Shown: positions 1 through 10,295, numbered from the stretch's first letter. The stretch is 64,000 bases of DNA from Puniceicoccaceae bacterium (GCA_007695295.1 REEB01000196.1:2289-66288); one strand, 5' to 3'. Notes: generated by a model from the sequence alone, not told the origin. Translations and numbers: made by a program.

Positions 1-636
1 GTCCTCGGGTTGGCCGCGGCGGTGGCTGTGGCTCTTGCCGAACAGCCTGCCAACCCGGCCTTCGTGGCCGGGGCGGGCACTTCCGCGGAGGGTGGTCTGG
101 TCCTGCGCAGCGTGGTGGGGCCGCTTCATGCCGGCGCAACAGCCGGCAGTGGCCGGTTGGTGCGGGGAGGCTTTCCGGCCGCCAGCCTGGAAATCGTCCT
201 CGCGCCGCCCGGAGCCTCCTTCCGGCAATGGATGGCCGCGCTGCCGCCCGACCAACAGCCGCCACCTGATCAGCAGGGGTTTTTTGACGAACCCGCGCAC
301 GATGGGGTGAACAACCTCATGAAACATTTCCTCGGGTTGCTCCCGCTGGTGCCCTCCGCGCATGCCCTGCCAACCCTCACCACGGTCGATGCCACCGTTG
401 ATGGGGAGCTTCGCGAGGTGCTCGCGCTCGAGCTGGTGCGGGCGGCAGATGCCGAGGTCGCCTTCACCATGGAAGCCTCCACTACCTTGGGCGTGTTCCA
501 GGAAGTGGCCTTCACGACCGAAGTCGTGGCCGATCCCTCGCTCCCCGCTGGAATGGAGCGACTACGGCTGGTGACGGAGCTGCCCGTGGGAGACACCGAC
601 CGCACCTTCATCCGCCTCCGCCTGCGTCCACTCTGA
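1..636 (+). CDS. C-terminal fragment of a larger secreted/surface protein (5' end lies outside the window)
   Basis: Frame 1 is open from base 1 (the ORF track begins at TTG 10) and stops at 634-636. No catalytic motif recognised. The tail MEASTTL...PVGDTDRTFIRLRLRPL resembles the tail of the 1303-aa protein at 5334-9245. Confidence 0.5.
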   Translation, partial: VLGLAAAVAVALAEQPANPAFVAGAGTSAEGGLVLRSVVGPLHAGATAGSGRLVRGGFPAASLEIVLAPPGASFRQWMAALPPDQQPPPDQQGFFDEPAHDGVNNLMKHFLGLLPLVPSAHALPTLTTVDATVDGELREVLALELVRAADAEVAFTMEASTTLGVFQEVAFTTEVVADPSLPAGMERLRLVTELPVGDTDRTFIRLRLRPL

Positions 637-752
637 CACCGGCGGATGGCGCTCCACAATGCGCGGCGAGCGGCTCTGCGCCGCCGCCGCAGCGTTGCGT
701 GTTGGGTTTTTCAATACAAAACCCAGCTCGCAACATCCTCTGGCGGCGGAAA

Positions 753-3700
753 TCACCCGTCGCCCGCGTGCAGCGCTTCATGCACTGTGTGCAGCAGGGT
801 TTCGGCGGTGAACGGCTTGGGGAGGAAGTGGGCGACGCCGGACTCCGCCGCGCGGGCTTTGCCGGCGTTGGCTTTGAGCCCGCTGGCGGCGATGACAGGA
901 AGGTCCGGGTCGATGCGTTTGACGGCGCGGATGAGGGCAACGCCGTCCATCACCGGCATCATGATGTCGGTGAGGAGGAGGTCGATTTCGTCGCGGCGGG
1001 AGGCGAGGATGCCGGTGGCCTCGGTGCCGTCCTCGGCGGTGAGGACCTGGTAGCCACAGGCTTCGAGGGTGAGTTTCGACATGCTGCGGATGGGGGCTTC
1101 GTCATCGACGACGAGGATGCACTCGCCGTTGCCGCGCGGCAGGACGGCGTCGGGTTCGCCGGCTTTATCCCTTGTGGAGGGGGCGGTGGATTCCTCGGCC
1201 GGCAAGTAGAGGCTGAAGCGGCTGCCGGCGCCGGGTTCGCTGTAGACATTGATGAACCCGCCGTGCCCGCGCACGATGCCCATGACGGTGGACAGCCCGA
1301 GGCCGGTGCCTTCGCCAAAATCCTTGGTCGTGAAAAAGGGCTCGAAAATGCGCTCCTTGGTGGCCCCATCCATGCCGCAGCCCTCGTCGCTGACTTCGAT
1401 GACGATGTAGCGGCCGGGGCGGACATCCGTAAACATGGAGGCGTGCTGTTGGTCGACGGTGAGGTTTTCAGCGGCGATGTGGAGCCGTCCCCCCTCCGGC
1501 ATGGCGTCGCGGGCGTTGACGCAGAGGTTGAGGAGCACTTGGTTGAGTTGGGTGGGGTCGCCCGGGATTTTCCAGAGATCATGGGGGATCTCCCGCTCGA
1601 AGGAGATGTTTTTCGGGAAGGTGCTTTTGACGATGGACTCGATTTCGTCCACGAGGTGAGCCACATTCAGCGTGATGCGCGCACCGTCTGCTCCACGGGC
1701 GAAGGCGAGGACCTGCTTGACGAGGTCGCGTCCGCGCTCGGCGCTGCTCTGGATGCTGTCGATGATCGGGTGCAGCTTTTTTCCCTCTTCGAGCTGCCGC
1801 ATGAGGCTCGCGCCCATGATGATGGGGGCGAGCATGTTGTTGAGGTCGTGCGCGATGCCGCCTGCGAGGGTCCCGATGCTTTCCATGCGCTGTGCGCGGA
1901 GAAACTGGGCCTCAAGTTTCTTGCGCTCCGTGAGGTCGATGTCGATGCAGAAGAGTTCGACGGGTCGCCCGGGCCGGCGGAGGACGGCATGGCTGGAGAG
2001 GACGTCCACGCGGGACCCGTCTTTGCGCAGGAGCGAGAGTTCGTCGGTCGGAATGTTGTCGAGGCCCTCGGCGACAGCTTTGAGTTCGGCCCGCACCGCT
2101 TGGTGCATCTCCGGCGGAATGATGAGATCAAGGAGGTTGCTGCGCAGCGCTTCCTGCTCCGTATACCCATAGAGCGTTTCCGAGGCCTTGTTCCAGTAGT
2201 GGACGCCGCCGTCGAGGCGGTAACCTTGAATGGCCACGGTGGGGATATCCTTCAGGAGGGTGCGGAAGCGTTCCTCGCTCTCGCGCAGGGTTTCCTCCAC
2301 CGCCCGCTCCTCGGTGATGTCGCGCTCGACGGCGATGAAGTGTGTGATCGTCCCTTCTTGGTCCCGGACGGGGTGCAAATTGATCTCGAGAAGATACTTC
2401 TGGCCATCTTTGGCGTAGTTGATGATCTCTTCGCGCACGGGTCGCCCGGCAGCGAGGGCCTCGCGCATGCGGCGTTTGGCCCCGGAGTCTGACTCCGGGC
2501 CCTGCAGCATGCGAGGAGTCTGCCCGAAGGCTTCGGCGGCGGCGTAACCGGTCAGGCGTTCGAAAGCCTCGTTGACGAAAACGATCTCCGGCCCGGGCTC
2601 GTCGAGCGGCGCCGCTTTCGTGATCATGACGATATCGTTGAGCGAGCCAATGGCCGTGGCGAGTAGGCGCATCTGCTCTTCATCGCTCTTGCGTTGCGTG
2701 ATATCTTGGAGGAATACGGAGAGACCGTCGGTGGAGGGATAGGCGCGTAGGTGGAGCCACCGTTCTATCGGGGCGCAGAACGCCTCGAGATGAACGGTCT
2801 TTTTCCCGGCCATAGCCTTGCGGTAGGCTTGGTCAAAAGGTGTTCCACTGACCGCGGGGCATTCATCCCAGAGGGTTTTTCCAACGAGTTGCTCGCAGTC
2901 TTTACCGAGAAAGTCTTTCAGCTTGGGGTTGACGTAGGTGAAGCGCCACTCTCGGTCGAGGGTGAAGAACCCATCGGTAATGCTCTCGAAGGTGCGGGTG
3001 AGGCGTTCGGCCAGTTGCGTGGATTTTTCCTCCAGGCATTTGGTTTCGTGGATGTCGATGCCGGTGCCGAACCAGTGGCTGACGGCTCCGTCCGGATCGC
3101 GCACCGGTTGTGCCTGGACGCGAAACCAGTGGTATTCGTTGTCCCGCTCGTGATGCAGCCGGTAGACGATGTCGAACGGCGTCTCCTCGCGCACACATCG
3201 CGTCCATTCCCCAAGGGCGCGATCGAGGTCATCGGGGTGCACGAAGCGCTGCCAGCGCGTATTCGGATTCTCGCTCGGATTGGCCCCGGTGATCTCAAAA
3301 AGCCGCTGGTTGGAATAGCCGATGTTTCCGTCGGGATCCGCCGTCCAAACGATCATGGGCATGGACTCGGCGAGTTGCCGGAAGCGGCGCTCGCTTGCCT
3401 CCGCCGAGGCCTCGGCCGCCTTGACTTCGGAAAGATCCTGGAAGGCTCCCTGCACGCGGATGATCTCACCGGCGTCGTTGCGCACGGCCTCCCCGATGGC
3501 CAGGACCGGGATGCGCCGCCCCTTGGCGGTGACCAGCTCCATTTCGACTTGGAAAGGAAGGCCCTCGTTAATGCAGCGTTCAACCAGCCCGGCGATCTCG
3601 GCGCGGTATTCCTGCGGGTAAAAGTTGATGGCTTCCTCCACCGTGAGCAGCTTCCCGGCGGGAATCTCATGAATGGCGCGGACTTCTTCCGACTGCGTGA

Positions 3701-4895
3701 GTTTTCTTTGCGGTAGTTCGATGGTCCAGCCGCCGATGCGCGCGACCCGGCCCGCGATTCGCAGCAAGGCTTCGCCGCTGGAACGCTCGGCCTCGATCCA
3801 ACGGCGGTCGAAAACGGTGCGGAGCCGTTCGCCAATCGACCGGAGGATGCTGCGCTCTTCGTCGAGAAAGACCGGGCGGCGTCCGTCGGGGAGATCGCGG
3901 ACGTAGGCGACGTCGATCCGGCCGGTTTTCCCCCCGCGCAAGCCGAACTCCACGGTGAGCCTGTTTTCGCAATCCCGGTAACCCGGCGTGGCCTCTTCGG
4001 TGTCGCCGAGGGCGATTATTGCCTCCGCGCATGCGGGCGCCTGCATGGCGGGAGGGATCTGCCTCACGACCTCAGTGATGATTTGGCTGAGCGGCGCCTC
4101 ATCCTTTTGCAGGATTTCGGTGGCGCCGTGGTAGAGCCGGAGCTCCTTGACCCGCTCGCCAAGTTGGTGAAGAAGGGCGGAACGTTCCGCTTCTGCGCGG
4201 ATCCGCTCCGTGACATCGTGGAGGGTGGCGATCCGCGCGGGTTTGCCGGACCACTCGATGTTGCTCACGTGCATTTCGGCGACAATCTCCTTGCCGCCCG
4301 GACCGTGGATTTTGATCTCTCGGCATTCCGCGTTTTCAATGGGAAAACCGAAGGGCTGGCCGGCAAGGTCGTCCGGGGATTTCCCGAACAGCGCGCCGGC
4401 GGCGGGATTGGCAAACTGGATGATGCCCCCGCCGTTAATGACGAGGACGCCGTCGGCTTGGTTGCGGATGAGATCGCGGAAGCGCGCTTCACTCGCGCGC
4501 AGGCGAGCGGTGAGCTCAATTTGCCGGAGGTGCAGGCGCACGCGCGCCAGCAGTTCAGTGTTGGCGACCGGGCGGATGATGTAGCCATCAGCGCCGAGGT
4601 CGAGGCCCTCGGCGTGGTCTTCGGGGGAAATCTTCAGCGAGCTGAGAAAGACCACCGGGATGTTCTCCGTCGCGGGATCGGTACGGAGCCGGCGCAGGAC
4701 GTCGAAGCCGGAGAGGCCGGGGAGGACGGCATCGAGCAGGATCAGCGCGGGTGGATTCGCACGCGCGGCGTGGAGGGCTTGCTCGCCGTTGGCGGATTCC
4801 ACCACCTCGTGGCCCGCCTTGCGCAGGACGCGGGCCATCGCCCCGCGCTCTGGCGCGTTGTCATCGATAAGGAGGATGTGGGCGGGTGCGGACAA
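753..4895 (-). CDS. Hybrid sensor histidine kinase / response regulator (REC - multiple PAS - HisKA - HATPase - REC)
   Basis: TTG start (caa at 4893-4895). N-terminal receiver ILLIDDN...LLDAVLPGLSGF. Several PAS-like repeats. H-box GGIAHDLNNMLAPI. ATPase boxes LNLCVNARDAM, SDEGCGMD, GTGLGLSTV. C-terminal receiver ILVVDDE...LLLTDIMMPVMDG. Confidence 0.95.
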   Translation of the reverse strand: MSAPAHILLIDDNAPERGAMARVLRKAGHEVVESANGEQALHAARANPPALILLDAVLPGLSGFDVLRRLRTDPATENIPVVFLSSLKISPEDHAEGLDLGADGYIIRPVANTELLARVRLHLRQIELTARLRASEARFRDLIRNQADGVLVINGGGIIQFANPAAGALFGKSPDDLAGQPFGFPIENAECREIKIHGPGGKEIVAEMHVSNIEWSGKPARIATLHDVTERIRAEAERSALLHQLGERVKELRLYHGATEILQKDEAPLSQIITEVVRQIPPAMQAPACAEAIIALGDTEEATPGYRDCENRLTVEFGLRGGKTGRIDVAYVRDLPDGRRPVFLDEERSILRSIGERLRTVFDRRWIEAERSSGEALLRIAGRVARIGGWTIELPQRKLTQSEEVRAIHEIPAGKLLTVEEAINFYPQEYRAEIAGLVERCINEGLPFQVEMELVTAKGRRIPVLAIGEAVRNDAGEIIRVQGAFQDLSEVKAAEASAEASERRFRQLAESMPMIVWTADPDGNIGYSNQRLFEITGANPSENPNTRWQRFVHPDDLDRALGEWTRCVREETPFDIVYRLHHERDNEYHWFRVQAQPVRDPDGAVSHWFGTGIDIHETKCLEEKSTQLAERLTRTFESITDGFFTLDREWRFTYVNPKLKDFLGKDCEQLVGKTLWDECPAVSGTPFDQAYRKAMAGKKTVHLEAFCAPIERWLHLRAYPSTDGLSVFLQDITQRKSDEEQMRLLATAIGSLNDIVMITKAAPLDEPGPEIVFVNEAFERLTGYAAAEAFGQTPRMLQGPESDSGAKRRMREALAAGRPVREEIINYAKDGQKYLLEINLHPVRDQEGTITHFIAVERDITEERAVEETLRESEERFRTLLKDIPTVAIQGYRLDGGVHYWNKASETLYGYTEQEALRSNLLDLIIPPEMHQAVRAELKAVAEGLDNIPTDELSLLRKDGSRVDVLSSHAVLRRPGRPVELFCIDIDLTERKKLEAQFLRAQRMESIGTLAGGIAHDLNNMLAPIIMGASLMRQLEEGKKLHPIIDSIQSSAERGRDLVKQVLAFARGADGARITLNVAHLVDEIESIVKSTFPKNISFEREIPHDLWKIPGDPTQLNQVLLNLCVNARDAMPEGGRLHIAAENLTVDQQHASMFTDVRPGRYIVIEVSDEGCGMDGATKERIFEPFFTTKDFGEGTGLGLSTVMGIVRGHGGFINVYSEPGAGSRFSLYLPAEESTAPSTRDKAGEPDAVLPRGNGECILVVDDEAPIRSMSKLTLEACGYQVLTAEDGTEATGILASRRDEIDLLLTDIMMPVMDGVALIRAVKRIDPDLPVIAASGLKANAGKARAAESGVAHFLPKPFTAETLLHTVHEALHAGDG

Positions 4896-5333
4896 AGTGG
4901 CTACACTTCTGCAGAGAGGGCGCGGATGGCATCGGGTGCGTGCCTGCGGTATTGCCGCGGTGAACCGGAGAGAATCTCTTCACGCCCCGTGTGCGAAGCT
5001 CTCCCTGCGTCCGGGCGCTTGATGACATGGGTTTCCATGCAGGAAGGGACGGTGTGGCCGGGAGCAGACGTACGGTGGTGATGGCGGCGGTGTGTTGATG
5101 GCAGGAGGTAAAACGACACGCCTTTCTTTCAATCCGAAATGAACCAATATCACCACTCTGGTGGCAAGGATAAATCCCGGCTCTCGTCGAGGGGTTTGGT
5201 GGCCGGTTGCGACTGTTGGTTGCAGGACATTTTCATTTTCTCAGGGGCCGGGCGAAGGAGCCTCGCCGGCCTGTGCCGGGAGCACCGAGCCCTTCAAGCC
5301 TCGCAGGTGTGCTCCGGAAAGGATGGTCGGTCG

Positions 5334-8300
5334 TTACCAGAGCCGGCGCAGGCGGAGAAAAAGCGGGGCCTCGCCGACGGGGAAGTCCATCGAGGCTTCG
5401 GTGGCGGTGAGGTTGGGGATGGAGTCGATCGCAACCCAGATACTGCCGGGTTCGAGGCTGGTGGTGGTTTCGAGCATCCAGGGGGCGGCGGTCAGGTCCC
5501 AGGAGACGCGGACGGTCCCGGGCTCGGCGAGGCGGATGCGCAGGGGAGGCGGCTCCTCCTGGAACGACCCGGTTTCGGGATCGAGGGTGGTGATGACATC
5601 CGGGATGCCATTGCCGGTGAGATCGATTTCGAGGGAGGCGAAGAGCGTTTCGGCGACCTCCTCGACGACGACGGTGCCGGCGCTGCCATCAAAAACAATA
5701 AACGGGCCGAAACGCGTCTGCAGCTCCTTCTCAGCCCCGGCGTGGCGGACCACGAGCCGGGTGAGGGTGGGCTCGCCGGAGCGGTTGATGAAAGTGGCGG
5801 CATCGCGAGAGGGATCGGCGACAAAACCGACCGTGCCTCCGGTGTAGGCGATGACCCCCTCCCACTGAAAGACGAGCGGCTGCTCCTCCCCGCGGGCGAA
5901 GCCGATGACGGGGTCGAACGCGGCCACGTTCTCGGCCGGGCTGAACTCAAAGCCTGCGAGGCGCCCGTCGTGGTGCAACAGGGTGAGGTCGTCGATCCCG
6001 CCGGAATTGCGGTTGCCGATCCAGAGATTGATGAGGGTGCCTTGGCCTCCGGCGTGAAAGCGATAGTCACTGCCGCGGGGGTGGATGCGGATGGCGGCCG
6101 GGGGCGCGTCTTCAGGCGGAAAAAAGAACGCCGTGGGCGGGCGGCCCGACTCCTCTTGGGCGAGTCCGGCGGTCGGGGACGCGAACGGTGCGAAGGATTT
6201 CGCGCCCGGGAAGGTGTCGTGGAGCGCACCCTCGCCGTCCCAGCCCCAGCGCCCGCCGTGGCCGTCCTCGTAGACGGCGGTGGCGGAGCCCAGGATAACC
6301 ATGCCAAGGTTTTCGAAGGCGGGGATGGTTTTGGCCTGCTGGAAAAGATCGGCTGAAACAAGATAGAGGCCCCGTCCCCCGAACCATTTCTCCACGAAGA
6401 CCCCTTCGGAGACTTTCGTCGAGCCGATGCGGTAACGGTAGATGTTGGCCGTGCGGTCGATCTCAAGGTGCCGTTCGCGGCCGGGCCAGTTGTTGTCGTA
6501 CAAATAAAGCACGCTGTGACCCGGTTTGGGTACGACGGCCAGACCGTCCTCGTTTACCCCCACGTCATGCTGCAGCCGATACGGGACGACGGCGTGGGCC
6601 TCGAACGGGTTGCCGGCGTTCTGCATCGCGAGCACATACTTGGTGGGCGAAAGCGCAAACTGGTTCAGGACATTGAGCGGACTGCCCCCGATGGAATCGA
6701 GGTTGTTGAGCGGATCGGCGCCGGTCATCTGCGCCAGCACCTCGCCGAGAATTTCCGCGGAAATCTGGGAGGCCTGGTGCAAGTGGATGTGGGACCAGAG
6801 ATTGACGGGCTCGGAATAGTTGCAGAAGCGCCAGTTGAATTCCTGGGGTTTGGGCGGTTCGATGCCATCGTCGGTGACGATGCCACTGAGCCCGAAGGCA
6901 AACTCTGCCCCGGGCTGGAAGGCGGCCGGATCGAGCTGGCCGCGGGCAAACATCAGGCTGACGGCGGACATGCCGAAGCAGCTCCCCGTCATGAGCTCGG
7001 CCCAGCCGGTGAAGACGAAGCCGTAAAACTGGGCGTAGAGAGGATTGGGCAGGCGGCAGCCCGGGCAGTCTTCGAGGTGCGGGATGGGGCCGAGAGGGGT
7101 GTGGCAATCGTAGGCGTTGTGGCGGTAGATGGCGGAGAAGGCGTCGAATTGGGTGCCGTCGCGCTCGTTTTTGAACTCGAAGCCGTGCACAAACGGGTAG
7201 GGCTGGCGGCGGAGGAGAAACGAGTCGGGCAGGAGCGTCCAGCGCGGGCCGACGCCGGAGTCATTGAGCAGCAGGACGCGGAGGGGGCCTTCGGGAGCGG
7301 TGGTGGTTTCGAGCCTCACCCGGAGGAGACTGCGGCTGGAGTGGACCTGTGGTGGGGGCAGGAGGTGAAACTGGCCCTGGGAGCACGGACCCTCCCATGG
7401 TTGCGTGTAGTGCTGGAGGGGAGGAGCGTCGCAGGTGGTCAAATACACCCGGGTGCGGGCATGGAAGTTCGATCCGAGCAGGATGAGATCATCGCCTGGC
7501 ACCACTATGAGGGGATCGGTGCGGACAGTGAGGGCCTGGCTGCCCTCCGCGGGGTCGAACCCGGTCGCGGCGATGGGATCGGCGGGCACGGCCCGGACCC
7601 GGAAGTTGAGGGTGGCGAGATTGCGGGTGCCTTCGCCCGCGCCCGGGAAGTAGGCGCCGGAGGGATTGAACCCGGTGGGTTGCGTCCACTCGGGGTGGGG
7701 CTCCGCTTCGACGGCAAGGATTTGCCAGCCCGCAGGGGGATCGAAGTCGATCAAGAGGGGTGTGTTGACGAGGGTATCGAAGCGAAACGTCCGGTAGTCG
7801 AAGTCCGTCGGATACGTGGAATAGTTGTAGGTTTGAAGGCGTTCGAGTGTGTTGCTGTCAGTAACCCGGATACGTATGGGCGTGATGGAAACGGGATGCT
7901 CCTGATCGTAGAACTCCTCGGTGACTCGGATCCGGATGACGTTGTCGGTGGTCGGTCCGATGGGGCCGCCCAAGGTTGCCTGCGGCCAGGTGGCGGGGAA
8001 GGAGGGGTGGGCGTCGAAGGGGCTGGGCCGCTCCACTCCTCCGGGCGGGGCGTCGCTCTCATGGGAATGCAGGTGGAGCATCAGCCCCAGGTTTTGATAG
8101 GCGGAGGTGCTCTCGTAGCGGGTGGTCATTTCCAGGCAGGGTGGGTTGAATTCGCCGCGGCAAAAACCCATGGCGGCGGCGGCCGAGCCTTGGCTGGCGG
8201 TGGCAAAGGAGCCGAAGCTTGGGTTGCCCTGTTGGAAGACGAAAGCGCCGGTGTTGCTCTGGAAGCGGGTGCGGAAGTCGTTGGCGCCGACCATTTGCCG

Positions 8301-9245
8301 GCCGGCGGCATCCGCGCCCCAGGTGAGGTAGAGGTAGTTCACGCCTGCGGGGAGGTCCTCCCAGTCGGCGATGCTGACGTGGATGCGCCGGTCCGAAATA
8401 TTCGCGTGCCGGTACCAGACGAGGTGGGCGACCGTGTCGACCTCGCGTTCGCCGTTGTGGTAGCGCAGTACGAGCTGTTCGGCGCCTTCCAGTGGCGGCA
8501 GCAGGACCGTGCCGTCGACGGGAATGGGCGAGGGGACTTCGGGGATGACGAGGTCGCGGGGAAGGATACCGGCGATCTGCTGCCGGGCGCCGCTGGTGTG
8601 CGCGGCGGAGGCGGCGGTGACGGCGTTGAAAAAACCGCCCGAAGGAAACGCCGCCACCAGGCCGGGAGCGGAGGTGATTTCCTGGAAGCGGTGGTCGCGG
8701 ATCTGCGCGGCGGTGCGGGCGACCGACCAGAGCCGGACCTCGTCGAGGGCGCCGTGGAAATTGTAGTGGCCGAAAAACCCGCCGTTGGGGTCGGAGCCGA
8801 CGTAAAGCGGGAGCGATGGGTGGGAGGCGGGCGGGGCGAGCAGAGCGGAGCTGACCAGCTCGCCGTCGATGTAGAAATACGCCCGCTCGAGGGCGCCGAC
8901 ATAGCGGACGGCGACATGGGTCCAGCGGTGGGACGGCACTCCGGCGGTGGCGTCGACGGAGCCGGTGCCGCCGCGGTAGAAGCGGAGGTTGCCGCCGCAG
9001 AAGCCGAACCAGAAGGATTGGTTGAAATCCTGGGAAAGGATGGTCTCGCAACGACTGGCGTCTTCGCGGTAAACCCAGGCCTCGATCGTCATGCTGGCCT
9101 GCGGCGCATAAACCGCGGCCGGGTGGCGGACCTCGGTGGAGGATATGCCCTCATAGAACGTGCTGCGCAGGGGAGGGCTTTGTGCGCCGACCATGACGGC
9201 AGCCGCCAGCAGGGCCGCCGGGAGGAAGAGGAAAAGCGGCTTCAT
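5334..9245 (-). CDS. Large secreted LamG (concanavalin-like) domain protein with a candidate internal Cys-hydrolase domain
   Basis: ATG at 9243-9245. Signal peptide MKPLFLFLPAALLAAAVMVGAQS. LamG-like block TIEAWVY...HRWTHVAVRY...GALDEVRLWSVART (about 8676-9098). IPT/TIG-like stretch ...LIVVPGDDLILLGSNFHARTRVYL. Motifs GSCFGMSAVS / AHAVVPY / DNNWPG (see findings). Tail PVGEAPLFLRLRRLW. Confidence 0.85.
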   Translation of the reverse strand: MKPLFLFLPAALLAAAVMVGAQSPPLRSTFYEGISSTEVRHPAAVYAPQASMTIEAWVYREDASRCETILSQDFNQSFWFGFCGGNLRFYRGGTGSVDATAGVPSHRWTHVAVRYVGALERAYFYIDGELVSSALLAPPASHPSLPLYVGSDPNGGFFGHYNFHGALDEVRLWSVARTAAQIRDHRFQEITSAPGLVAAFPSGGFFNAVTAASAAHTSGARQQIAGILPRDLVIPEVPSPIPVDGTVLLPPLEGAEQLVLRYHNGEREVDTVAHLVWYRHANISDRRIHVSIADWEDLPAGVNYLYLTWGADAAGRQMVGANDFRTRFQSNTGAFVFQQGNPSFGSFATASQGSAAAAMGFCRGEFNPPCLEMTTRYESTSAYQNLGLMLHLHSHESDAPPGGVERPSPFDAHPSFPATWPQATLGGPIGPTTDNVIRIRVTEEFYDQEHPVSITPIRIRVTDSNTLERLQTYNYSTYPTDFDYRTFRFDTLVNTPLLIDFDPPAGWQILAVEAEPHPEWTQPTGFNPSGAYFPGAGEGTRNLATLNFRVRAVPADPIAATGFDPAEGSQALTVRTDPLIVVPGDDLILLGSNFHARTRVYLTTCDAPPLQHYTQPWEGPCSQGQFHLLPPPQVHSSRSLLRVRLETTTAPEGPLRVLLLNDSGVGPRWTLLPDSFLLRRQPYPFVHGFEFKNERDGTQFDAFSAIYRHNAYDCHTPLGPIPHLEDCPGCRLPNPLYAQFYGFVFTGWAELMTGSCFGMSAVSLMFARGQLDPAAFQPGAEFAFGLSGIVTDDGIEPPKPQEFNWRFCNYSEPVNLWSHIHLHQASQISAEILGEVLAQMTGADPLNNLDSIGGSPLNVLNQFALSPTKYVLAMQNAGNPFEAHAVVPYRLQHDVGVNEDGLAVVPKPGHSVLYLYDNNWPGRERHLEIDRTANIYRYRIGSTKVSEGVFVEKWFGGRGLYLVSADLFQQAKTIPAFENLGMVILGSATAVYEDGHGGRWGWDGEGALHDTFPGAKSFAPFASPTAGLAQEESGRPPTAFFFPPEDAPPAAIRIHPRGSDYRFHAGGQGTLINLWIGNRNSGGIDDLTLLHHDGRLAGFEFSPAENVAAFDPVIGFARGEEQPLVFQWEGVIAYTGGTVGFVADPSRDAATFINRSGEPTLTRLVVRHAGAEKELQTRFGPFIVFDGSAGTVVVEEVAETLFASLEIDLTGNGIPDVITTLDPETGSFQEEPPPLRIRLAEPGTVRVSWDLTAAPWMLETTTSLEPGSIWVAIDSIPNLTATEASMDFPVGEAPLFLRLRRLW

Positions 9246-9344
9246 GGCGTCGCGACGCTGGCGGCGGAAGCCGGCGGAGTCAAGAACAAGGCCGGTTGAC
9301 TGCCCGATTAAGCCATCCTTATGCCGAGGAGATGGGAGGCCTGA

Positions 9345-10295
9345 TCAGCCGGCCTGCCAGCGGGCGAAAATGCCGCAGGGAAGGACAAGGCCGGAGCGGG
9401 TGGCGGGAAGGCCGACCTCGCCCCAGGAGACGGCGCCGGGAAGATTCCCGAGGAGCCGGCGGAGGAGATTGGCGAGGATGACCGGGGAAAGGCCGGCGGT
9501 ATAGGCGTTGATGAGGAAGAAGAGCGGGCGATCGGAGAGCAGACCGCGGCAGGCTTGGAGCAGGGGCCAGAGGTGGGACTCGATTTGCCAGACCTCGCCT
9601 TGGCGGCCGCGGCCGAAGCTGGGCGGATCCATGATGACGGCGTCGTAGCGGCGCTCCCGGCGGGCTTCGCGTTCGACGAATTTGAGGCAGTCGTCCACGA
9701 TGGTGCGGATGGGCGCATCGGCGAGGCCGGACTCGGTGGCATTGTCCCGGCACCAGGCGACCATGCCCTTGGCGGCATCGACATGGCAAACAGACGCTCC
9801 GGCTGCGGCGGCGGCGATGGTGGCGCCCCCGGTGTAGCCGAAGAGGTTGAGCACGGAGACGGGGCGGCCCGCTCCGCGGATGAGGGCGGAAAACCAGTCC
9901 CAGTTGACGGCCTGCTCCGGGAAGAGGCCGGTGTGCTTGAAGCCGGTCGGGCGGACGCGGAAGGCGAGCGGACCGCGGCGGATGACCCAGTGCTCCGGAA
10001 GGGAGCGGGCGAACTCCCAGCGGCCGCCGCCGCGGCTGCTGCGGTGGTAAAAGGCGTCCCACGGCTTCCAGTCGGCGTTTTCCGGAGGCCAGATGGCCTG
10101 GGGATCGGGGCGCACGAGGATGACCTCGCCCCAGCGTTCTTTTTTCAGACCGTCGCCGCAGTCGAGCAGCTCGAAGTCGCTCCAGTGGTCGGCGACAAGG
10201 AGGGTGCCGGGGGCCGGCTCAGGCCCATTCGGGGGGATTTTGGAGGTCGGGTTTGAGGATGCCAATGCAGGGGAGATTGCGGTAGCGCTCGGCAA
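9345..10295 (-). CDS. Class I SAM-dependent methyltransferase (RlmI / PF10672-like)
   Basis: SAM motif [20 protein letters not shown] and motif [14 protein letters not shown]-terminal W[11 protein letters not shown]...ERWG is typical of this family. Start is uncertain: TTG at 10295 or 10265, and either overlaps the hpt 3' end by 47-77 nt. Confidence 0.7.
   Translation of the reverse strand: MPSATAISPALASSNPTSKIPPNGPEPAPGTLLVADHWSDFELLDCGDGLKKERWGEVILVRPDPQAIWPPENADWKPWDAFYHRSSRGGGRWEFARSLPEHWVIRRGPLAFRVRPTGFKHTGLFPEQAVNWDWFSALIRGAGRPVSVLNLFGYTGGATIAAAAAGASVCHVDAAKGMVAWCRDNATESGLADAPIRTIVDDCLKFVEREARRERRYDAVIMDPPSFGRGRQGEVWQIESHLWPLLQACRGLLSDRPLFFLINAYTAGLSPVILANLLRRLLGNLPGAVSWGEVGLPATRSGLVLPCGIFARWQAG

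Noticed and set aside
699-2492. Long antisense ORFs overlapping confident genes. Examples are 699-2492 +, 5139-6356 +, 6468-9299 +, 14162-16345 -, 15570-17300 -, 18546-19835 -, 19852-20886 +, 20835-22508 +, 27965-29362 +, 33638-35239 -, 35864-37546 -, 45981-47189 -, 47651-49066 +, 51095-52729 -, 59257-60453 - and 62748-63743 -.
   Set aside because: Their translations are Arg/Gly/Pro/Ala-rich low-complexity strings with no motifs, and they lie opposite genes with clear family signatures. This is the usual stop-codon-poor shadow-frame effect of about 65% GC DNA.
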